DNA of 64,000 bases from the sequence record ON529858.1; one strand, given 5' to 3'. Below are positions 1-9,552 of this stretch, one piece after another. A program made the translations under genes and the position numbers. How positions within the stretch are numbered: the stretch's first letter is position 1; each line of letters opens with the position of its first letter. The notes beneath the pieces are model-generated. The model was not told the origin of the DNA. It did no database searches and worked only from the letters and a program-made list of their open reading frames with translations.

Positions 1-19
1 CCAGCCTGAACCCCTTCTG

Positions 20-430
20 ATGAGCGCCAAGTCTCCTGTGCATCACGCGGAACTGGCGGCGCTGCGTGACCTCCTGTTGGTGGTCAACGGTCCGTCCCGC
101 GAACTGGACATCCGGATCGCCAACGTCCTGCTGGCCTGGGATCACCCCTGGGTCTACGTCGACGGAAGCTATCAGGCCGGTTGCCGCACCATCCCCGGCT
201 CGCGCCGCGAGGTCGTGACGATCAGCGAATACACCCGCTCGCCGTCGGCCGCCTGCGACCTCGCCCTGGTGGTGAACCCGAAAGGCTTCTTCAAAGCCGT
301 CGAGTGGGCGACGCGCTACGCCGGCGGCCTGAAACTCTACCTGCGCGACGACCATGAATATCCCGCGATCCTGTCGCGCTGCATCTGTCTCTTCCTCGTG
401 AAGGACGCCCTGGAGAACCCTCGTGGCTGA
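20..430 (+). CDS. hypothetical phage protein
   Basis: ORF in tightly overlapping + strand operon, GC3-rich codons. Confidence 0.6.
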   Translation: MSAKSPVHHAELAALRDLLLVVNGPSRELDIRIANVLLAWDHPWVYVDGSYQAGCRTIPGSRREVVTISEYTRSPSAACDLALVVNPKGFFKAVEWATRYAGGLKLYLRDDHEYPAILSRCICLFLVKDALENPRG

Positions 431-746
431 CGAAACCGAACCGACCGTGGTGACCGACGAGTTCCCCTCAACGCCCCTGCCTGAGACGCCGCTTCAGGAG
501 GCCGCCCGCAAAGCGGGCTGGGAGGCCTCCGCCACGGCCGAGCCGCGTGCGACGGGTCTGCGCCCGCCCATGACCGCCGAAGAGCGTCACGAGGCCGCTC
601 TGGCGGCTCTACAGATACTCGTCGACATGCACGCCGCCATCCCGCCCCGCGCGCCCGACGAATGCGTCGTCGAGGTCAGCATCACCGTCGGCGACGTGCG
701 CGCCGCCTTCAACGCCGTTCACGGAATCCGCGCCCATGGCTCGTAA
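423..746 (+). CDS. hypothetical phage protein
   Basis: Overlaps neighbours in operon; GTG start after GGAG. Confidence 0.6.
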   Translation: MADETEPTVVTDEFPSTPLPETPLQEAARKAGWEASATAEPRATGLRPPMTAEERHEAALAALQILVDMHAAIPPRAPDECVVEVSITVGDVRAAFNAVHGIRAHGS

Positions 747-1416
747 ACAACTGCTCTGCTCCCTGGCGTCGATGACGCCCGTCGAGATCGGCGACTACCT
801 CTACCCCGCCGGCGGGCTGGATGGAAAGCTGGTCGAACTGCGCGACGGCGTCGAGGCCGTGATCGAGATCGCGGACGGGCGCCGCTACTGGACGTCCTGG
901 GCCGGCGTCGGCCTGTCCTGGGTCGACCAAGAATGGACGAAGCCCCGCTGGGCGTCGCCCGAGCCGTTCCATCACCGGCACTTCAAGAACCCGCTGATGG
1001 TCGCCGTCCTGCTGCTGCCGGTCTACCAAGGCCACGGGCAACCCGGCCTGCTGACGGTCCAGCGCGGCATCGCGCCCCACATCGGCGGCTGGGCTCTGCC
1101 CGGCGGCTACGTCGAACTGCACGAGTCGATCGAGGCGGCGGCCGTGCGCGAACTGCGCGAAGAGACCGGCATCTACCTGGAGCCGCATCAGGTCTCGCTC
1201 TACCATAGCGCCCCGACCAAGGGCGACACGACCCAGGTCTTCGTCCTGGCGAACACCGGCATCAAGATCAGCGAGGTCCGCGACGCCTTCATGGTCTGTG
1301 AGGAGTCCCTGGCGTTCGGCGACACCGTCAAGGTCGAGGACCGGAACCTCTGCTTTCCGACGCACTGCGACGCCGTCGCCCGCTGGCACGCCGTCCAGGA
1401 TGGATACCGCGCATGA
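736..1416 (+). CDS. Nudix hydrolase with N-terminal extension
   Basis: Nudix box GGYVELHESIEAAAVRELREETGI preceded by WALP. Confidence 0.9.
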   Translation: MARKQLLCSLASMTPVEIGDYLYPAGGLDGKLVELRDGVEAVIEIADGRRYWTSWAGVGLSWVDQEWTKPRWASPEPFHHRHFKNPLMVAVLLLPVYQGHGQPGLLTVQRGIAPHIGGWALPGGYVELHESIEAAAVRELREETGIYLEPHQVSLYHSAPTKGDTTQVFVLANTGIKISEVRDAFMVCEESLAFGDTVKVEDRNLCFPTHCDAVARWHAVQDGYRA

Positions 1417-2348
1417 TCGAGCCCGCCAACTTCGATCCGTCGCACCTCGTCGAAGCCATCGAGACGAACGCTTTCGACTATCACTGCACCCTCTGTGGCG
1501 CCACGGATGCGTCGGCCGACGTGCGGCTGGCGGCGCCGTGTGAGAAGGCCGCCCTGCACCCGGACAAGATGGACGACTTCTCCTTCCTGACCACGCTGGC
1601 GCGCACGCCGGCGATGACCAAGGCGACGAAGGCGCGGCTGCTGAAGGTCGCTGAGCGGATCGCCGGCGCCGACCACATGGTTCCTGGCACGGCCGAGGAC
1701 ATCCAGGCCCTGAAGCGAATCGCCAAGGCGCTCCGCAACGAGGACGCCTTCACGCTCCCGCAGAAGGACCCGGACCTGCTGGAACGGCTCGCCAAGGACA
1801 TCGACATGAACCGGACCTACGGGATGCCGTGGCTGGCGCGTCAGGTCTGGGATGAGCGGCTGGAGGACAAGGAGATCGTCTCGATCCTGCGGTTCCATCC
1901 GCTGATCCAGGACCTGCACATGGTCAACGGCGCCATCCCGCAGCCGACCCATGGCGATGACCTGAAGCTGGTCCAGCGGCTGCTCGTGACCGCCCAGGTC
2001 GCCTCCTGCACCTGCTGCACGAAGACGCCCGAGATCGCCTTCCACGACGAGACCTGCACCTACCGTCTGGTGGTCGAGGCCTCGCACCTGATCACCCTGG
2101 CCCAGGAGAACGACGGCGGCGTGCGCGCACCCTGCCTGGAGACCAAGCCGCCACGCTCGCTCACCATCTGGGGTCCTCTGACCACCGCGCTCAACGACGG
2201 GATCGAACTGCCAATCAACACCCACGGCACGCACCCGGCGGTGGTCGCGGCCGACGCCCTGATCCAGAAGGCGATCGACCAGAAGCTGACCATCCCGGTC
2301 GACTCGGCGGAGGCCGTCGCCTTCCTTCTCGGCCTCAAAGATGCCTGA
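1413..2348 (+). CDS. hypothetical protein (CxxC motifs)
   Basis: ATGA overlap; HCTLC and CTCC motifs. Confidence 0.7.
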   Translation: MIEPANFDPSHLVEAIETNAFDYHCTLCGATDASADVRLAAPCEKAALHPDKMDDFSFLTTLARTPAMTKATKARLLKVAERIAGADHMVPGTAEDIQALKRIAKALRNEDAFTLPQKDPDLLERLAKDIDMNRTYGMPWLARQVWDERLEDKEIVSILRFHPLIQDLHMVNGAIPQPTHGDDLKLVQRLLVTAQVASCTCCTKTPEIAFHDETCTYRLVVEASHLITLAQENDGGVRAPCLETKPPRSLTIWGPLTTALNDGIELPINTHGTHPAVVAADALIQKAIDQKLTIPVDSAEAVAFLLGLKDA

Positions 2349-2565
2349 GATCGTGACCTGCACCGCCAACGGCGAGAAGACCTATGACGTGGCCTTCGAC
2401 GGCGACGAGATCGCCTATGTCGAGGTGGTCCAAGAGCGCGTCGTGGCCGGCAACCCTCAACGGTTTAAGCGCCGCATGTGGACGCGGGGTCGCGGCACAT
2501 TCGGATCGCCTCGTATCGAAGCCGCCAAGCGCGCCGCCCGCGCCGTAAAGGAATCCCATGCCTAA
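2341..2565 (+). CDS. hypothetical protein
   Basis: Overlapping operon gene. Confidence 0.6.
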   Translation: MPEIVTCTANGEKTYDVAFDGDEIAYVEVVQERVVAGNPQRFKRRMWTRGRGTFGSPRIEAAKRAARAVKESHA

Positions 2566-2989
2566 GAAGTCCGACAAGACCCCGCTGAACACCGCTCCGC
2601 GCCGGGGCATGACCATCACCGTTGACACGGCGCCGGCGAAGCGCGAGCCCGCGCCCAAGGTCGACCTGTCGATCCTGACGGACGACGCCAAGGCGATCCT
2701 GGGCTGCTGGTTCGCCATGATGCCGACCCACACCACCAACGGCCTCCAGTTTGGGATGCGCGAACTGAAGCCGACCGCCCGGACCCGCGCCGCGCTGGCC
2801 GAACTGATCGAGAAGAAGATCATCTTCCGGGTGATGGACTCCAGCGTGCCGCCGCCGCCGACCGAGGTCTACAAGCCCCTGTTCGACTGCTTCGAAGCGT
2901 TCGACTGGACCCGCGAAATCCTGGAGGACACCGACCATCCCGAGCGCGCCGCCGCCGTGTCCTGGAAGCTGATGGAGCCCGTCGCCTGA
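2558..2989 (+). CDS. hypothetical protein
   Basis: Overlapping operon gene, AAGGA RBS. Confidence 0.65.
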   Translation: MPKKSDKTPLNTAPRRGMTITVDTAPAKREPAPKVDLSILTDDAKAILGCWFAMMPTHTTNGLQFGMRELKPTARTRAALAELIEKKIIFRVMDSSVPPPPTEVYKPLFDCFEAFDWTREILEDTDHPERAAAVSWKLMEPVA

Positions 2990-3222
2990 TGGTCCCGGTC
3001 CTGTTCTTCATCTGCCTGGGCGTGCTGCTGCTCGCTCTCGCCGTCTGCATCGTCCAGGCCTACGGGACGACCCTGCTGAACGGTCCTGAAGCCGCCCAGC
3101 CTTGGGTCTTCGGCGCCGCCCTCACGGTGCTCACCCTGATCTACCTGATCTGGCATCCCGCCGGCCCGGCCGACTTCGTCCGCAGCCTTCACTTCACCGC
3201 ACCCCCGAGCCCATTCCAGTGA
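2989..3222 (+). CDS. small membrane protein (2 TM)
   Basis: TGATG coupling; two hydrophobic stretches. Confidence 0.65.
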   Translation: MVPVLFFICLGVLLLALAVCIVQAYGTTLLNGPEAAQPWVFGAALTVLTLIYLIWHPAGPADFVRSLHFTAPPSPFQ

Positions 3223-3425
3223 ACCTCTCGAATCACCTCCTGATCTGCGCGTCCCTGGCGCTGATGATCCTGTCGAGCCTCGTGGGGTCCGCGACGCCCA
3301 TGGTGGCGACGACCGACAACATGGCGCGGCTTCGCTTCGCCCTGGTCCTGAAGTCCCTGGCGGTGATCCTGGCGATCGTCGCGGCGGCCTCGGAGAACCA
3401 TCTGCTGGTCTGGCCGATCCGGTGA
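3219..3425 (+). CDS. small membrane protein (2 TM)
   Basis: GTGA overlap; start moved to GTG 3219; hydrophobic. Confidence 0.6.
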   Translation: MNLSNHLLICASLALMILSSLVGSATPMVATTDNMARLRFALVLKSLAVILAIVAAASENHLLVWPIR

Positions 3426-3601
3426 AGGGCCTGTCCGTCGTCGATGTCTGTGTCCTCACGGCGGTGCTCTTCGTCGGCGCCGGGCTCTTTCTCGCGCCTC
3501 CGGGCACGAAGGAGCGACAACGGCTATGGACCGCACTCGGCTGCTACGGCATAGGTTACGTCTGGCTCTCCTACGGCATCATCAAGGCGCTCTTCCCATG
3601 A
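3422..3601 (+). CDS. small membrane protein, 59 aa (not in ORF track)
   Basis: GTGA/ATGA overlaps both sides; MKGLSVVDVCVLTAVLFVGAGLFL...WLSYGIIKALFP. Confidence 0.6.
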   Translation: MKGLSVVDVCVLTAVLFVGAGLFLAPPGTKERQRLWTALGCYGIGYVWLSYGIIKALFP

Positions 3602-4515
3602 CCGACGAAATCCTGATCTCCGGCCTCGACGCTTCGGTGAACTTCGTGCGCCACCTGCCCGGCGGGCGGGGTGCGTTCGAGGCGCGCTACGTCAGCCGCA
3701 AGGACGAATACTTCATCGTCTACCTGTCCAGCCACGCCGGCTGCGACAAGGCCTGCCGCATGTGCCACCTGACCCAGATGGGGCAGACGGACATGACGCC
3801 CGCCACGCTGGAAGACTACCTGTCCCAGGCGCGCCGGGTCATGATGCACTACGCCGAACTGGAGCATGACGGACGCCCGCCGGCGGACTACGTCAACTTC
3901 AACTTCATGGCGCGGGGCGAGCCGTTCGCCAACCCGATCGTCCTGTCGGCCTTCCCGGTCCTGGACAACGACCTGCGTCAGATCGCGGCGGACGCCGGCA
4001 TCGGTCGCGCCCAACTGAACCTGTCGACCATCATGCCGCTGGAGATCGCCGGGCGAGACCTCAAGGAGATCATCGGCCCGAACCGCCGGGGCGTGAACGT
4101 CTACTACTCGCTCTACAGCATGGACAAGGACTTCCGGAAGCGCTGGCTCCCGAAGGCCATGGACCCGATGATCGCCCTGACCATGCTGGCGGAGTGGCAG
4201 ATGTCCGGCGAGGGCGGCGAGGTCGTGCTGCACTGGCCCTTCATCGCCGGCGCCAACGACAGCGAGGAAGACGTCGAGAAGATCATCCGCGCCGTGCGGA
4301 TGGTCGGGCTGAAGACCCGCTTCAACCTCGTGCGCTACAACCCGTTCAGCGCCGCCCAGGGCGTCGAGAGCGACGGCATCATCATGCGCCGCAACCTCCG
4401 CCTGCTGGGCGATGCGTTCGGCGATCCCCGCACCCAAATCGTGCCGCGTGTCGGAGGCGACGTGAAAGCCTCCTGCGGCATGTTCGTCAACGATGGAGAA
4501 CCCGCCCTTGCTTGA
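3598..4515 (+). CDS. RlmN/Cfr-family radical SAM protein
   Basis: SSHAGCDKACRMC (CxxxCxxC), FMARGEP (cf. MGMGEP), NLVRYNP, C-terminal KASCGM (cf. DAACGQ); start at ATG 3598. Confidence 0.88.
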   Translation: MTDEILISGLDASVNFVRHLPGGRGAFEARYVSRKDEYFIVYLSSHAGCDKACRMCHLTQMGQTDMTPATLEDYLSQARRVMMHYAELEHDGRPPADYVNFNFMARGEPFANPIVLSAFPVLDNDLRQIAADAGIGRAQLNLSTIMPLEIAGRDLKEIIGPNRRGVNVYYSLYSMDKDFRKRWLPKAMDPMIALTMLAEWQMSGEGGEVVLHWPFIAGANDSEEDVEKIIRAVRMVGLKTRFNLVRYNPFSAAQGVESDGIIMRRNLRLLGDAFGDPRTQIVPRVGGDVKASCGMFVNDGEPALA

Positions 4516-4954
4516 GTCCTTGAAGTCCGCCCTGTTCGCCATCGTCTGCTTCGGCGCGATCTTCGGCCTCCTGGTCCTGTGGTTCAGGGCAGGGATGCGT
4601 AGAGACGCCGCACGGACGGAATGGATCGTCGCCGGCGAGAAGCTGGTCGATCAGATGGACCGAACCATCACCGGGCCGCGCTACCGCATCGAACGCGCGG
4701 AAGGCTCCGCCACCTGGACCATCTACGTCCGCCGGCACTCCCGCCCCTACGCGCCTGAGAACTTCAAGCGCAGCACCCCGCCTCACGCCCCGGTCCTGGA
4801 GTGGGGGCTGGCCGACTGGTCGGTATCATCCGAGGCCAAGGCGAGGGCGCGGGTCAAGGAGTTCGCCGACCAGGAGCGCGCACGGTGGGCTGAGCCGGTG
4901 GTGACATGCTTCGACGTCTACGGCGGTGAGACCGACTGCGGAGACACCGTCTGA
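4493..4954 (+). CDS. hypothetical protein with N-terminal TM segment
   Basis: ORF track; C-terminus (CFDVYGGETDCGD) resembles that of the next gene; start uncertain. Confidence 0.6.
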   Translation: MENPPLLESLKSALFAIVCFGAIFGLLVLWFRAGMRRDAARTEWIVAGEKLVDQMDRTITGPRYRIERAEGSATWTIYVRRHSRPYAPENFKRSTPPHAPVLEWGLADWSVSSEAKARARVKEFADQERARWAEPVVTCFDVYGGETDCGDTV

Positions 4955-5373
4955 TGGGGTGGCTTGTCTTTTACCTGATCGTCATCCTGACGGTCGGCTG
5001 GATCATCGTTCGCGCCTTCATGCGCGGCTTCGCTCGCGACCGATGGATGACGGCGGGGCGCATGGCGACCACCGAAATGAAGCGGTCGCTCCGGATGGAG
5101 GGCCAGCCTCAGTATCGCATCTTCAGGGAGGACGATGACGACAAATACGCCGTCCAGGGTCGTGCGGTTCAGGGTCCGTGGGAGAGTAGCTGGACCGGCC
5201 CGAAAACGCCGCCCTTCAAGCCTCACGCGGTCTGGCGCACGCTCCATCTGATCGACAACGAGTCCGGCGCCAGGAGCATGATCGCGAAGTTGACCAAGCC
5301 CAAAAACCCCATGAAGATTTGCTTCGACGGCAAAGGCGACACGGTCGAATGTGGAGCGGACGATGGCGAATAG
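4954..5373 (+). CDS. hypothetical protein with N-terminal TM segment
   Basis: TGATG coupling; ends CFDGKGDTVECG, like the previous gene. Confidence 0.65.
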   Translation: MGWLVFYLIVILTVGWIIVRAFMRGFARDRWMTAGRMATTEMKRSLRMEGQPQYRIFREDDDDKYAVQGRAVQGPWESSWTGPKTPPFKPHAVWRTLHLIDNESGARSMIAKLTKPKNPMKICFDGKGDTVECGADDGE

Positions 5374-5656
5374 GGACCCCGAGGTCTGGTATAAGAACTG
5401 CTTCTACGGCCCGGCTGACCGGGGCAAGAAGATGTCGCTGTCGGGCGCCCTGGAGCCGGACCGGTCCGACAGCGATGACGACATCGACGCCCTGCGCAGC
5501 GATGTCGACCGCCTGCGGTCCATGATGGGATCGCTGCTCGCCGCCCTGGTGTCCGAGAAGGTCGTGACGATCAGCTTCGCCAAGGAGATCGCCGGCATCT
5601 ATGCCGACATCACCCCCGACGACCCCGAGATCAAGTGGAAGGATGAAGATGCCTGA
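5363..5656 (+). CDS. hypothetical protein
   Basis: ATG 5363 after GGAG. Confidence 0.6.
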   Translation: MANRDPEVWYKNCFYGPADRGKKMSLSGALEPDRSDSDDDIDALRSDVDRLRSMMGSLLAALVSEKVVTISFAKEIAGIYADITPDDPEIKWKDEDA

Positions 5657-5867
5657 CGCCTGCGAACTGTGCTCGGCACATACCGTGAACACGCGCGTTC
5701 AACCCATGGTCCTTCCCTATGGCGAGGCAGGACCGAATCGGGTGATGCTACGCTTTGACGCGCCGATCACCGAGTGCTCGACCTGCGGCGAAAGCTACAC
5801 GGCCGAGGGCTACGAGGAAGCCGAACTGGCTGCGATCGCCAAACTGAAGGACACCCGAGTTGACTGA
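5649..5867 (+). CDS. stand-alone YgiT/MqsA-type zinc-finger protein
   Basis: CELC...PY.....VML......ECSTCGESY spacing matches the MqsA N-terminal domain; no HTH; ATG 5649. Confidence 0.7.
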   Translation: MPDACELCSAHTVNTRVQPMVLPYGEAGPNRVMLRFDAPITECSTCGESYTAEGYEEAELAAIAKLKDTRVD

Positions 5868-6441
5868 AGACGACGACGACGACCACGTTGAACTGAGCGA
5901 CAGCGAATATCTGTTCGAACTGGCCGAGCGCAGCCTGGGCTTCGTCGGCGCCGGGCACGATGATCACGCCCGCCTGCACGAGATCAGCCGCCGCCTCGCG
6001 CCGCCGCCGGCCGCGAAGTCTTTCGCACCGGTCAACGCCTGGGCCAAGTCGGAGGACCCGGTCGCCAAGATGCTGCGCGACGCGCTGGAGCGGCTGGACC
6101 GCGAGACGCCCGACGTGTTCGGCGCCAAGGTCTTCCTGCACGGCCTGGGCCTCGCCATCGGCCTGATCTTCACCCATCAAGTCGCGGTCCCCGCCTGGGA
6201 GCCGGTCGAAGAAGTCGAGCCCATGGCGAAGGTCTGGTTCGTCCGGCCGGTGGTCCCCGGCAATCCCCTGCGCGGCCCGAAGCAGTTTGACACCTACATC
6301 TCGCGGCGGCCAGACGGACCCGGCTATGCCCTGTCCACCGACGACCGCGACGCCACCCTATTCACCCGCGCCGAAGTCGACCTGATCAAGGCTGCGTTCC
6401 CCGCCAACTGGATTTGGCATTTTGGAGATGAGCATGTCTGA
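5860..6441 (+). CDS. hypothetical protein
   Basis: TTG start overlapping previous stop. Confidence 0.65.
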   Translation: MTEDDDDDHVELSDSEYLFELAERSLGFVGAGHDDHARLHEISRRLAPPPAAKSFAPVNAWAKSEDPVAKMLRDALERLDRETPDVFGAKVFLHGLGLAIGLIFTHQVAVPAWEPVEEVEPMAKVWFVRPVVPGNPLRGPKQFDTYISRRPDGPGYALSTDDRDATLFTRAEVDLIKAAFPANWIWHFGDEHV

Positions 6442-7255
6442 CGAACCCCGCGTTGTCGTGAAGACCGCCGGACTGAAGCCGGCCGACGGGACGTTCCGCG
6501 ACACGGATCACCCGTCCGAGAACTACCTGACCTGCGTCGGGCTGATGGAGACGCCGACCATCACGAAGGTGATGGCCGTCGCCGACAAGATGATGCTCGG
6601 GCAGACCGTCACCGACGACGACATGACGGCCCTCTATGAAGACGGCCTGACCGGCATCGTCGACACCGCGATCGACGCGATCAACATGATCGGGCGCCGC
6701 GATGACGAAATCCACCGGCTGAACGAACTGAACGAGACCGTTTCGAAGATCGCCCTGGACTGGAAGACACCGCCCGTCGCTCTGCACGAGCGGCTTCGCG
6801 ACCTGAACGTCCGCATCGAGCGGATGATCTACCTGCCGCTGGCCTACGCCGATGACGAATACCTGGGCGAGGCCCTGGAGTCGTTCATCGAAGACGACTG
6901 GCCCGACGACGACGACAACGAACTGTGGACCCAGATGCCCGGTCTGCTGGACGCGCTGGGCTCCGAGAACGTGCCGGAGTTCGGCGAGTTCGTCCTGGCG
7001 ATCCGCCGGCTGAACCTGAACGGCTTCCTGATCCAGCTTTCGCGGCCGGTCACGCGGTGGTCCCGCAACGAGGTCGAGAAGGGCGAGGACCCGAACTACG
7101 GCTCGACGTCGTCCTGGGGCCACGCCTACCTGCGCTGGGCCTATGGGGCGACCCTGCCCGAGGCGCTGGAGCGCGCCGCCGAGTGGGCGGAGATGACCGA
7201 GGCCAAGGAGAAGACCGAGGCCAAGGTGTATCCCAAGCGCGAGGCCGTCGTCTGA
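6434..7255 (+). CDS. hypothetical protein
   Basis: ATG 6434 after GGAG; acidic. Confidence 0.7.
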   Translation: MSDEPRVVVKTAGLKPADGTFRDTDHPSENYLTCVGLMETPTITKVMAVADKMMLGQTVTDDDMTALYEDGLTGIVDTAIDAINMIGRRDDEIHRLNELNETVSKIALDWKTPPVALHERLRDLNVRIERMIYLPLAYADDEYLGEALESFIEDDWPDDDDNELWTQMPGLLDALGSENVPEFGEFVLAIRRLNLNGFLIQLSRPVTRWSRNEVEKGEDPNYGSTSSWGHAYLRWAYGATLPEALERAAEWAEMTEAKEKTEAKVYPKREAVV

Positions 7256-7458
7256 TGGAAGGAGCGGCCAAAGCGAAGTCGGAGTTCGACTTCATCCAGG
7301 GCATCGTCGCCAACCTGGAACGGGACCTGGATACGATGGAGACCGGGCTGACGAAGGCGCAGCGGACGCCCGGCATCTCGCGCCAGATCGACACCATGCG
7401 CGAGCGGGTCACGGTGATGCAACAGTGCTGCGAAGACGGCATCAAGGCGCTGTCATGA
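7255..7458 (+). CDS. hypothetical coiled-coil protein
   Basis: TGATG coupling. Confidence 0.6.
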   Translation: MEGAAKAKSEFDFIQGIVANLERDLDTMETGLTKAQRTPGISRQIDTMRERVTVMQQCCEDGIKALS

Positions 7459-7757
7459 GCGTCGCGATCGTCAAGGCCCTGCGCGCAGCGATGAAGGCGG
7501 CCGGCGAGATCGACATGACCGATCCGAAGGTCCAAGCGGCGCTGAAGACCCTCTACAACGACAAGGCCACGGGCCGTGTCATGGGGCCGATCTACGATCA
7601 GCTTCGCCGGGGCGAGCACGCCGCCGGGCGCAACCGCCTGAACGCCCGCTTCCAGCGGATCGGGCCGCGCACGTCGCTCTGGACCGCTGGGCCGTTCCGC
7701 TTCCGCGCCGATCCGAACGTGCCTGATCTCGGCATCACGAATCGGCAACTGCCATGA
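7455..7757 (+). CDS. hypothetical protein
   Basis: ATGA overlap. Confidence 0.6.
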   Translation: MSVAIVKALRAAMKAAGEIDMTDPKVQAALKTLYNDKATGRVMGPIYDQLRRGEHAAGRNRLNARFQRIGPRTSLWTAGPFRFRADPNVPDLGITNRQLP

Positions 7758-8032
7758 GAGCCCTGAAGCCCCTCCAGGAAGGCCGGACGTTCGAGGAATA
7801 CCGGGCGATCAAACAGAAGTCGTGGGACGCCTATGCGTGCTACCTGCCCTTCCGCGCCGACATCGACGACTGGACGCCGGGCGAGCCGCTACTGTTCCTG
7901 GCGGCCCGCCCGATGATGCACTACCGGATGCTCCCGCTGAAGAGCGGCAAGTGGCGGTTCGGCTTCCGCCGCCGGTCCGACCGCGACCGCTTCGTCACGC
8001 TCTACAAGGCGCGGGGGGCGAAGCCGTCGTGA
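7754..8032 (+). CDS. hypothetical protein
   Basis: ATGA overlap. Confidence 0.6.
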   Translation: MRALKPLQEGRTFEEYRAIKQKSWDAYACYLPFRADIDDWTPGEPLLFLAARPMMHYRMLPLKSGKWRFGFRRRSDRDRFVTLYKARGAKPS

Positions 8033-8241
8033 GCGATGATCCGCACCGTGACGACGTCCGCCGGCTGGCGAACCTCCTGTTCTGCCGGGTCGCGGCGAAG
8101 AGGATCAGCGAGGGGTGCGCGCTGCGCTCCCTTGAAGGCTACGTCACGGCGCCGGCGTTCGCGCTCAAGGACCGCCGGGCGCTGATCGAAGACGCATACG
8201 CCGTCCACCACCTGCCCTCGCCCTACGAGGTCCCCGCGTGA
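8029..8241 (+). CDS. hypothetical protein
   Basis: GTGA overlap; start moved to 8029. Confidence 0.55.
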   Translation: MSDDPHRDDVRRLANLLFCRVAAKRISEGCALRSLEGYVTAPAFALKDRRALIEDAYAVHHLPSPYEVPA

Positions 8242-8636
8242 TCATTCCCTACCCGCTCAACCTGGGGCCGGCCATCGTGTTCGAGCAGCACATGATCCGC
8301 ACCCTGTCGACCGAGCGCTACGAGCGCAAGAAGGCGGCCCTGCGCGCGCTTAAGGACCGGGCCAAGGCGAAGGTCATGGCGGCGCGCCAGGGCCGGCCCT
8401 GGGCTGAAGTGCTCGCGGCCCAGGACGAATACAAGGTCTGGGCGGAGCGGCTGGAGCGGTTCACCACCATCTCGTCGATGCTGCACTCGGGCGCCGAGAC
8501 CGGCTGGGGAGAGAGCGCCCCACGAGTTGCGGGTATTCGCTACCGGGCCGCCAAGCGCGCCGGCGGGCGCATCATCAAACCTCTGCCACGTCGGCTGACG
8601 TCGGCGTCCATCCCAGCCCTGAGTTTCGGTTCATGA
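8238..8636 (+). CDS. hypothetical protein
   Basis: GTGA overlap. Confidence 0.6.
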   Translation: MIIPYPLNLGPAIVFEQHMIRTLSTERYERKKAALRALKDRAKAKVMAARQGRPWAEVLAAQDEYKVWAERLERFTTISSMLHSGAETGWGESAPRVAGIRYRAAKRAGGRIIKPLPRRLTSASIPALSFGS

Positions 8637-8902
8637 CCACCTATAGCAAAGAGCGCAACTGCGAACACGTCGAGATCAGACTGTGGTCGCCGGGCGAGAG
8701 CGAAGAGGGTCTGTGGGGCTTCGACACGATGGAGGGTCGAGACGCTGACGCGCGCGGCGAGCCCGGCCCGTTCTGGCGCCGCGTGCGCCCCGCGCACCTC
8801 CCCCCGCCCAGCCTCGAATACCAAGTCACCCGCGCCTACCTCGCTGGCGCCGACATGCAGCAGGTGCTCGACACCGTCCGCGCCGAAGGAACCGTCCAAT
8901 GA
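8633..8902 (+). CDS. hypothetical protein
   Basis: ATGA overlap. Confidence 0.6.
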   Translation: MTTYSKERNCEHVEIRLWSPGESEEGLWGFDTMEGRDADARGEPGPFWRRVRPAHLPPPSLEYQVTRAYLAGADMQQVLDTVRAEGTVQ

Positions 8903-9552
8903 TCATGCTCCGCCCCTTCGACCTCGCCACTCTGCGGCTCTACAACCGGCCCGGCCGCTTCTACCACACCGCGCACCACGTCCTGGAACTGCTGGAACTG
9001 CACGAGACCGGGATGACGCGCGGCGTCCACGTCCCCGGCTACATCCGGCCGAACTTCGGCATGTATGACCCGGCGCTGATCTCGGCGATCGTCGCCCACG
9101 ACTGCGTCTACAAGCCGGGCGCGCCGAAGGGTCAGAACGAAACCGCCAGCGTCCAGGCGTGGCGCGACATGGTCCGGGCATCCCCGCAGGGCGTTGCGGC
9201 CGAATGGGACACGGCGGTCGAGAAGATCATCATGGCGACGGTCGATCACATCCCGCCGGCGCCGAGCAGCGAAACGTCCATCATCGTCCACGATGCGATC
9301 AAGCACATGATCGACCTGGATATGTCGGTGCTGGCGGCCGACCCGGCGGAGTTCGAGCAGAACACCGAGAACGTGCGCCTGGAGGCGAACTACGGCCTGA
9401 CGCTCGGCATCGCCTGGATGGATTTCAAGCGCGCCCGCAACGTCTTCTTCCAGTCGGTGCTCGACCAGCCGTCAATCTTCTTCACGCCGCAGTTTCATGT
9501 CGCGCTGGAAGAGAAGGCCCGCCACAACCTGCGCACCGCGATCGCCGGATGA
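8899..9552 (+). CDS. HD-superfamily metal-dependent phosphohydrolase
   Basis: RFYHTAHHV, IVAHDCVY, IDLDMSVL motifs. Confidence 0.8.
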   Translation: MIMLRPFDLATLRLYNRPGRFYHTAHHVLELLELHETGMTRGVHVPGYIRPNFGMYDPALISAIVAHDCVYKPGAPKGQNETASVQAWRDMVRASPQGVAAEWDTAVEKIIMATVDHIPPAPSSETSIIVHDAIKHMIDLDMSVLAADPAEFEQNTENVRLEANYGLTLGIAWMDFKRARNVFFQSVLDQPSIFFTPQFHVALEEKARHNLRTAIAG

